12,247 bases of DNA, from assembly GCA_024641425.1 (NCBI GenBank), contig JAHEDC010000156.1, positions 1-12,247 of the forward strand, read 5' to 3'. The notes under the pieces were generated by a model. That model saw only the letters and a program-made list of their open reading frames with translations, was not told the DNA's origin and made no database searches. Made by a program: the position numbers and the translations under genes. This DNA is from Verrucomicrobiales bacterium. GTDB taxonomy: Bacteria > Verrucomicrobiota > Verrucomicrobiia > Verrucomicrobiales > DEV007. Of the stretch, positions 7,460-12,247 are shown one piece after another. Numbering within the stretch: the first letter of the stretch is position 1; each line of letters opens with the position of its first letter.

Positions 7460-9538
7460 TTACCCTTTCAGTTTCCCGACTACCTTCTCGGCCTTCTCGT
7501 GGGCAAGGCCAAAGCGGGTGGCGGCGTGGAGCATATCGGTGATCCCGGCGGTCGTCTTCTCATCCGGGCCAAGGGAGAGCATCTTCCCCAGCATGGCGCT
7601 GACGGTCAGGTTCTTCACGTCCTCGCTGGCGATGCCGAAGTCGGTGAGCCACTTGCCAAGCTGCGACTTGAAATACTCAGGATCCCCGTTGAAAAAGGTG
7701 TCCCGGACATCGGTAAGCGTGCGGCTGTTCTCGACCGCGCGGTCGACCGCCTTACCGCTCGTGATCGCCTGCGTAATCTTATCGAAGAACTGGGTTTCCC
7801 CGCCCACGATATCGATTTTCGCCGCCCGGAGGGCCTCGGCGACGACGCGGGCCTGCTCGGCCGCGATGAGCCGCTGGGCGTCGATCCCCGCCAGCTCGAC
7901 GGCTTTCGCCTTTTCCAGGTTGAGCTTGAATTCCTCGTGGCTTTGTCCGGCTTCCTCGAAGAGCTTCATCGCTCCGGCCTTTTCGGTAATACCCTTCGCC
8001 TCGGCAGCGAACTTCAGCTCGGACACCTTGGCCTCGGCGGTGCCCTGTTTCTCGGTCGCACCGGCGCGGGCCTCCAAGACTTGGGCCTCGCCTAATCCGG
8101 GCGCGGCGGTTTCAGCGGTCGTGGCTTCCGCAAGGAGGCGCTTCGCCGACGAATCCTTCTCGGCGGCGGCCTGACGGGCCTCGGCCTCGATGACAATCTC
8201 CTCGGCGTGGCGTTCGGCCGAAACCTTCGCCGCCTCGGCGTGCTTGATCTGCTCGTAGGCTTCCTGGTCGGCTTTCAGGATGGCCGCTTCCTTGTCCGCT
8301 TCCGCGGCCTTGATCCGCTTGAGCAAAGCCTCCTGCGCTTCTTTCTCGGCCCGGGTAATCGCGACCTGCTTCTCCCGGTCGGCGGTCGCGAAGGCCTCGG
8401 TGTCCTTGATCTTCTGTTCTTCAATGACCACGGTTTTCTCCAACGCGACGCGATCCTTGATCACTTCCTGGATATTCTTCTTCTCGATTTCGACCGATTT
8501 GTCCCGTTCGATTCCCTTCAGGGCGGTCAGGCGGTCGCGCTCGATGATCTCCAGGTCGCGGTCGCGAGTCACGCGCTCGTTCTCGACCGCTTCCGTCCGC
8601 TCCTTGTTTTTCAAGGCGACAATGATCTGCCGGTTCTTGTTTTCCTCCGCGATGGAAAGCTCCTCCTCGGTCGCGATGCGCGCCTGTTCGGACTTGAGCC
8701 GCTGTTCCTCCTGCACCTTCTTCGCGTCCGCCTGCTCCCGGGCCTGCACTTCCTGCACCTTCCTCGCCTGCTGGGCCTCGGTTTCGGCGAGTTGGCGCTC
8801 CAGTTCCAGGATGGCCTCGCGGGCCTCCACGTCCTGCTGTTTGATCACCCTCTCCTTGTCGCGCTGGATGTTGTTGCTCAGTTTCGCCTGCGCTGCCGTC
8901 AACTCGGTGATCTTCTTGATCCCTTCGGCGTCGAGGATGTTGTTCGGATCCATCGACGAGAGCGCCGTCTGTTCGAGATAATCGATGGCCGCGTCGTCGA
9001 GGACGTAGCCGTTCAGGTCGGTGCCGATGACCTTGAGGATCTCCTCCTTGAAGGTGTCGCGGTTCTCGTAGAGTTCGACGAAATCGAAGCGCTTCCCGAC
9101 CGTCTTCAAGCCCTCGGAGAACTTCGCGTCGAAGAGCGTCTCCAGTGTCCCGTGGTTGGAAGCCCGGTCGCAGCCGATCGATTGGGCGACCCGGATGACC
9201 TCCTTGGCCTCGTTGTTGATGCGGACGAAAAACGCGACCTTGATGTCGGCGCGGATGTTGTCCTTGCAGATCAGTCCGTTGTTCCCGCTCCGGTCGATCT
9301 CGATTCGTTTCACCGAAATGTCCATGTATTCCGCCCGATGAAGGATAGGGATTACAAGTCCGGCCGTGAAATAGACTTTCGTCCCCCCCTGCCCGTTCCG
9401 CACCAGGGCCTGCCCCTGCTGAACCTTGCGGTAGCATTTGACGATGAGGAAAAGGAATCCGATCAGGATCAGGACGCCGCCGCCGGCGCCAAAGCCAATG
9501 ACCTTCTGGGTGAATTGATCTGCGATGATGGTCTTCAT
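7460..9538 (-). CDS. SPFH/band-7 flotillin-family protein (692 aa), YqiK/FloT-like. N-terminal membrane-anchoring hydrophobic hairpin, SPFH domain, very long EA/KE-rich coiled coil and a flotillin-type C-terminal domain.
   Basis: N-terminus ...KVIGFGAGGGVLILIGFLFLIV (membrane hairpin). SPFH core ...RIEIDRSGNNGLICKDNIRADIKVAFFVRIN...DFVELYENRDTFKEEILKVIGTDLNGYVLDDAAIDYLEQT, which parallels the flotillin motif TVEEIYKDRQKF...SDL...G. About 350 aa of E/A/K/Q-rich coiled coil (EAQQARKVQEVQAREQADAKKVQEEQRLK...). C-terminal AEAKVSELKFAAEAKGITEKAGAMKLFEEAG is the flotillin signature region. Stop TAA 7460-7462; start 6 nt downstream of the yqiJ-like stop. Confidence 0.9.
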   Translation of the reverse strand: MKTIIADQFTQKVIGFGAGGGVLILIGFLFLIVKCYRKVQQGQALVRNGQGGTKVYFTAGLVIPILHRAEYMDISVKRIEIDRSGNNGLICKDNIRADIKVAFFVRINNEAKEVIRVAQSIGCDRASNHGTLETLFDAKFSEGLKTVGKRFDFVELYENRDTFKEEILKVIGTDLNGYVLDDAAIDYLEQTALSSMDPNNILDAEGIKKITELTAAQAKLSNNIQRDKERVIKQQDVEAREAILELERQLAETEAQQARKVQEVQAREQADAKKVQEEQRLKSEQARIATEEELSIAEENKNRQIIVALKNKERTEAVENERVTRDRDLEIIERDRLTALKGIERDKSVEIEKKNIQEVIKDRVALEKTVVIEEQKIKDTEAFATADREKQVAITRAEKEAQEALLKRIKAAEADKEAAILKADQEAYEQIKHAEAAKVSAERHAEEIVIEAEARQAAAEKDSSAKRLLAEATTAETAAPGLGEAQVLEARAGATEKQGTAEAKVSELKFAAEAKGITEKAGAMKLFEEAGQSHEEFKLNLEKAKAVELAGIDAQRLIAAEQARVVAEALRAAKIDIVGGETQFFDKITQAITSGKAVDRAVENSRTLTDVRDTFFNGDPEYFKSQLGKWLTDFGIASEDVKNLTVSAMLGKMLSLGPDEKTTAGITDMLHAATRFGLAHEKAEKVVGKLKG

Positions 9539-9544
9539 TGTTTT

Positions 9545-10225
9545 CTACGCCTCGTTGGTTTCGATTCTCGTTTTGCGGACAAAGTAGAGTCCGCGGCTTG
9601 GGTCTTCTTCGATGACAAGGCACTCGTCGCCCTTGACCAGGCGCGCGCTGCCCTCGTGGATTCTTGCATTGATGATCAATGGAGCCCCTTCCGTCGCGAT
9701 CTCCACCTGACCAAAAGTGGCCGACACGTCGGTGCTCGTGACAACGCCCGCCCGTCCCACCATCGGTTCCTGCTTCTCTTCCTCGCTCCGCAGCTTCCGC
9801 ATGACGGAGCGGAAGGGCGTGCTCACAACTTTCGTCACCAAAGCACTGACAAACACGCCCCCACTAAGGACAAGCAGCGCCGGAAGGATCGCGCCATTCG
9901 GATTGAGGAAATGGTTTCCCAACATCGAAATCATCCACAGGATCACCGAAAAAATGCTGAGGATCAACATGAAGGGCACATCGCCCACGTTCAGGAAACG
10001 AAGCACAGCCATGAAGGATCCTCCCGTACCGTCGGCATCCATCTCGTGGTCGATCTCATGATGCACTTCCGTGTCCACGTGCACGTCGTGGTCGACATCC
10101 ACATCAAAGGAATCCATATCCAGCGCCCCGAAGCTCACCCCGATCCAGTAAAGGACGACCGCTCCAAAGAGAATGGTCAGAGGTAGATTGTACCAGAGAA
10201 CCGCTTCTGTGATCAGCTCTTTCAT
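9545..10225 (-). CDS. YqiJ/NfeD-like inner-membrane protein (226 aa): N-terminal TM helix, Asp/His-rich loop, 2-3 further TM helices, C-terminal NfeD-type OB-fold (beta-barrel) domain. First gene of the operon and partner of the flotillin.
   Basis: Hydrophobic segments LPLTILFGAVVLYWIGVSF, VPFMLILSIFSVILWMISMLG and AILPALLVLSGGVFVSALV. C-terminal VGRAGVVTSTDVSATFGQVEIATEGAPLIINARIHEGSARLVKGDECLVIEEDPSRGLYFVRKT fits the NfeD short-form OB-fold (G-x-A-x-V ... G-x-V ... G..V.V). Gene order NfeD-like then flotillin, as in E. coli yqiJ-yqiK and B. subtilis yuaF-floT. Confidence 0.8.
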   Translation of the reverse strand: MKELITEAVLWYNLPLTILFGAVVLYWIGVSFGALDMDSFDVDVDHDVHVDTEVHHEIDHEMDADGTGGSFMAVLRFLNVGDVPFMLILSIFSVILWMISMLGNHFLNPNGAILPALLVLSGGVFVSALVTKVVSTPFRSVMRKLRSEEEKQEPMVGRAGVVTSTDVSATFGQVEIATEGAPLIINARIHEGSARLVKGDECLVIEEDPSRGLYFVRKTRIETNEA

Positions 10226-10259
10226 TTAATTGCCCGCAGGTTACCGGGGCTCGGACACT

Positions 10260-10300
10260 TTGGCGATTATAATTGGCTAGCCCGTTTGTATAATCGGTGG
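10260..10300 (-). promoter_or_regulatory. Possible promoter/operator for the minus-strand operon. The palindrome ATTATAAT (10266-10273) gives a TATAAT hexamer on both strands. A second TGTATAAT lies at 10287-10294.
   Basis: A minus-strand TATAAT (complement of 10266-10271) lies ~35-40 nt upstream of the yqiJ-like ATG (10225), an appropriate -10 position. No convincing -35 was found. The + strand extended -10-like TGTATAAT at 10287-10294 would point toward the 10540 gene. Confidence 0.25.
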
Positions 10301-10410
10301 CCAAGGAATCGCCCCCATCCTCGCGGGATGAAGTCTTCGTTGCAGAAAGTGGCCGAGCCTACGTCGCGCAGGACGCCCCCCCCGCCCTGTCCCTTCCTTC
10401 CCGTGGCTCA

Positions 10411-10500
10411 GATTATAAATATTCACGAAATGTCCTTAAAATTATAATATTTGTATTGCGCTGTGCATTTTTTGTAATAAAATGTAATTACCATATTTTC
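10411..10500. promoter_or_regulatory. About 90-bp AT-rich island (roughly 20% GC in a >60% GC background) in the divergent intergenic region. Likely promoter for the + strand gene at 10540 and possibly an UP/regulator-binding region for the divergent operon.
   Basis: Sequence GATTATAAATATTCACGAAATGTCCTTAAAATTATAATATTTGTATTGCGCTGTGCATTTTTTGTAATAAAATGTAATTACCATATTTTC. A + strand TTGTAA (10472-10477), 16-nt spacer and TATTTT (10494-10499) would put a TSS near 10506, ~34 nt before the ATG at 10540. ATTATAA(T) palindromes lie at 10412-10419 and 10441-10448. TGTAAT direct repeats at 10473-10478 and 10483-10488 are 10 bp apart. Confidence 0.35.
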
Positions 10501-10539
10501 CGTGATCTCACGACACCGCCTTGCCGACAGGCTGGAGTG

Positions 10540-11088
10540 ATGGAAACCGAGACGACTCAATCAAACGACCGCAACAAAATGAAAATGCAGCCCGCCCACT
10601 TCGGTACCCAATCCTTCAACATCGCCCGCATCTACGATACCGTGATCGATGTCAGCGAGGGTGAGATCGTCTTCGAGATCGAGCTTCGGCTTCGCCATAC
10701 CAACCAGCAGGTATTCTTCGGTATCCTGACCACGCCTCAGCCGGGGGCGGGAAGTTCTTCGATGGATTACGGGATCGGCGTAAGCATCGACACCCAGACC
10801 GGCACGGTGCGCGATGTGGTGAACGGCCAGGGAATCATCGGGCATCTGGAGTTGACCCCAATGGAGATCAACGAGTCGCTTTTTCTCTGCATCGAGGCGG
10901 AAAAACTAAACCGGATCTTCATTCCGAAGATTACCGTCGGGGAGGACAAAATGCTCCACCCCGCGCTCCACATCGAGCGGTGCACCCAGATGAGTCTTGT
11001 CGTCGGCACCACCGACATGTCGCGCGGGGCGATCTTCGAGAATCCTCACTTTGTCATCGCCCGGCGCCGGCCCAGCATTTCCGCCTGA
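10540..11088 (+). CDS. Hypothetical protein (~182 aa), probable SPRY/B30.2-like or similar beta-sandwich domain. Divergently oriented from the flotillin operon.
   Basis: The ORF-track ORF 10297..11088 runs through the AT-rich island, so the in-frame ATG at 10540 (GGAG at 10534-10537 just upstream) is taken as the start. An alternative is the ATG at ~10576. GC3-rich codons. Motifs GEIVFEIELRL...QVFFGILT...YGIGVSIDTQTGTV...SLFLCIEAEKLNRIFIPKITVGE...LHPALHIE resemble the SPRY pattern (YWEVE...G.G...SWG...GD.IG..LD...L.F..NG...LYP.V.L). The fold call is tentative. Confidence 0.55.
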   Translation: METETTQSNDRNKMKMQPAHFGTQSFNIARIYDTVIDVSEGEIVFEIELRLRHTNQQVFFGILTTPQPGAGSSSMDYGIGVSIDTQTGTVRDVVNGQGIIGHLELTPMEINESLFLCIEAEKLNRIFIPKITVGEDKMLHPALHIERCTQMSLVVGTTDMSRGAIFENPHFVIARRRPSISA

Positions 11089-11334
11089 GGCGGCGTGGGG
11101 AGAATCGGCCCCGCAATACATACGAAATCCGATTTCCACATAAATACCTATCCGGATCCCTCCGGAGCAGCAGCCGCGCCGCCATTATTTTCGGTCGCGG
11201 CTCTGTCTGTCTTGTGAAGACGGGAATTTGTGACGACCTGTGCAATCGAGATCCAGTCCTCCAGGAGCAGCGTGTTTCTCCAAACGGCCCCTTTCGGCCA
11301 CTTGCTGCTTTCGGGGAATGCGCCATAGTCGAGG
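11089..11334 (+). promoter_or_regulatory. 246-nt GC-rich leader upstream of mgtE with several stem-loops. Candidate cis-regulatory RNA (an Mg2+-sensing M-box-type riboswitch would be the obvious hypothesis) and/or promoter. Not confirmed.
   Basis: Hairpins seen: CCGCC-tga-GGCGG (11081-11093, stop codon in loop), GTGGGG-agaatcgg-CCCCGC (11095-11116), and AGCCGCG...CGCGGCT (about 11171-11203) followed by the pyrimidine-rich CTGTCTGTCTTGTG. I cannot verify M-box consensus by eye. Confidence 0.2.
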
Positions 11335-12247
11335 ATGATCCACTGGAAGCCGTTGCTCGATGCTCTCGAGGCTGGCGACGAACCCACCGTTCGCAGCCTG
11401 TCGGACGCGATGCATCCGGCGGACGCCGCCGCTTTCTTCGGCAGTCTGGATGATCGGGACCGGCACCGGATCGCCGGCTTCATGAGCGCGCAGGCGCTCG
11501 ACCTCGTCGCGACCTTTCTTGAGCCCTCCGAGGCCGCCGACCTTTTCCACGGCGTGCCCCACGCCCGTTTGGCCGACACTCTGAACGGCTTGCCCGACGA
11601 CATCCTCGTCGATATCCTTCAGGAACTCGAGCCCGAGCTCCGCGAGGACTACTTCCTTCTCCTCTCGGATGCGAAGCGCGCCCTCGCGGCCAAGCTGCTC
11701 TCCTTCCCCGAGGAATCCGCGGGCGGCAGGATGACGACCGCCATGGCCACCGTCCGCGAGGACATGACGATCCGGCAGGCCATCGACGAACTCGGGGCGA
11801 AGAAGGAGGAAACCGAGGTGCTCGCCCGGATTTTCGTCGTCGACGAGGAAGGCCATATCCTCGGCAAGGTGCGTCTGCGCGACCTCACCTTCAATCCCCG
11901 CAGCATGCTCGTCCGCGACATCATGGACGACGAGCGGCTCGCCATCAACGCCCACGCCGACCAGGAGGAAGCCGTCGCCATGATGCGGAAATACAACCTC
12001 ATCGCGCTTCCCGTCGTCAGCGACCACGGGCGGCTTCTCGGCGTCATCACGCACGACGACGCCATGGACATCCAGACCGAGGAATCGACCGAGGACATCG
12101 AGCGCATGAGCGCCATTGGCGGCACGCGGGACGACGAGGGCTACCTGCGCTCGTCCGTGGCGGCGCACCTACGCCGGCGCTTCTTCTGGATTCTCGGCCT
12201 GGCCTTCATCGGCATCCTTTCAGGGATCGTCCTCTACAATTTCGAGG
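11335..12247 (+). CDS. mgtE: Magnesium transporter MgtE, N-terminal ~304 aa (MgtE-N domain, tandem CBS domains, start of TM domain). 3'-partial: runs off the window.
   Basis: Translation MIHWKPLLDALEAGDEPTVRSLSDAMHPADAAAFFGSLDDRDRHRIAGFMSAQALDLVATFLEPSEAADLF... (MgtE-N helical domain), ...FPEESAGGRMTTAMATVREDMTIRQAIDEL... and ...RDIMDDERLAINAHADQEEAVAMMRKYNLIALPVVSDHGRLLGVITHDDAMDI (CBS pair with the MgtE-typical GG-x-MTT motif), then RRFFWILGLAFIGILSGIVLYNFE (first TM helix). No stop before the window end. The ATG at 11335 has GAGG immediately adjacent, which is poor spacing, so the true start could differ slightly. Confidence 0.88.
   Translation, partial: MIHWKPLLDALEAGDEPTVRSLSDAMHPADAAAFFGSLDDRDRHRIAGFMSAQALDLVATFLEPSEAADLFHGVPHARLADTLNGLPDDILVDILQELEPELREDYFLLLSDAKRALAAKLLSFPEESAGGRMTTAMATVREDMTIRQAIDELGAKKEETEVLARIFVVDEEGHILGKVRLRDLTFNPRSMLVRDIMDDERLAINAHADQEEAVAMMRKYNLIALPVVSDHGRLLGVITHDDAMDIQTEESTEDIERMSAIGGTRDDEGYLRSSVAAHLRRRFFWILGLAFIGILSGIVLYNFE

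Noticed and set aside
7182-7542. + strand ORFs of 83 aa and 66 aa in the flotillin/giant-gene spacer
   Set aside because: No RBS or coding signal. They overlap the better-supported minus-strand 60-aa ORF and the flotillin 3' end. Their orientation opposes the surrounding operon.
7700-8900. Repetitive-looking DNA (recurring GCCTCGGC / CTTCTCG / GCGCTCG units) that could be mistaken for a tandem-repeat or CRISPR-like array
   Set aside because: It is the coding sequence for the E/A/K/R-rich coiled coil of flotillin. The units are irregular in length and spacing, are in frame, and have no conserved repeat-spacer architecture.
8421-9623. 400-aa ORF on the minus strand, an alternative frame within the flotillin gene
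   Set aside because: Out-of-frame with the authentic flotillin reading frame. The translation is R/G/P/H-rich low complexity (RRRRRPDPDR..., GGPRGHPGTGAPTRRNRGPAGEEGAGSAGPGAGG), typical of an off-frame reading of GC-rich coiled-coil coding sequence.
8207-10186. 659-aa ORF on the + strand (and 8280..8981, 233 aa)
   Set aside because: Antisense to the flotillin and yqiJ-like genes. The product is low-complexity (L/D/R/G-rich), a mirror of EA-repeat coding DNA, and has no domain signatures.
10297-10539. N-terminal 81-codon extension of the 10297..11088 ORF
   Set aside because: The extension runs through a GC-rich spacer and the ~20% GC AT-rich island with atypical codons. The in-frame ATG at 10540, with adjacent GGAG and coding-like GC3 thereafter, is a much more plausible start.
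11185-12168. 327-aa and 158-aa ORFs on the minus strand
   Set aside because: Antisense to the clearly recognisable mgtE coding sequence (MgtE-N, CBS, GGRMTT). No motifs; a high-GC artefact.

Overview
This 12.2-kb window is high-GC bacterial DNA with no mobile-element, CRISPR or rRNA/tRNA signatures. The + strand carries the 3' end of a single-chain pyruvate carboxylase gene (carboxyltransferase HFHTHDTSG motif and biotinyl AMKM motif), which reaches the left edge. A five-gene minus-strand cluster spans about 8.65 kb (1575..10225) and reads, in transcription order: (1) a YqiJ/NfeD-like inner-membrane protein with a C-terminal OB-fold; (2) a long SPFH/flotillin (YqiK/FloT-like, 692 aa); (3) a candidate 60-aa small ORF; (4) a 1690-aa protein with a novel N-terminal domain, a long coiled coil and a C-terminal MoxR/CbbQ-type (AAA_5) AAA+ ATPase module (Walker A GYGKTT, Walker B MIYLDD); (5) a lipoprotein (lipobox LVSC) whose ATG overlaps the stop of the giant gene (ATGA). 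Junctions are tight (6-nt gap, 8-nt overlap, 4-nt overlap), consistent with translational coupling in one operon. The yqiJ/flotillin pair is a known module. Its extension by a giant AAA+ coiled-coil protein, a micro-ORF and a lipoprotein is the candidate undescribed system. Upstream of the operon lies a 314-bp intergenic region. It contains a sharp ~90-bp AT-rich island and three copies of the palindrome ATTATAA(T), which are likely divergent promoters/operators. This is followed on the + strand by a hypothetical SPRY-like beta-sandwich protein, a 246-nt structured leader and the 5' part of an mgtE Mg2+ transporter gene (MgtE-N, CBS pair with GGRMTT motif, first TM helix). All long + strand ORFs inside 2.1-10.2 kb and the long minus-strand ORFs at 8421..9623 and 11185..12168 are antisense or out-of-frame artefacts of high GC.
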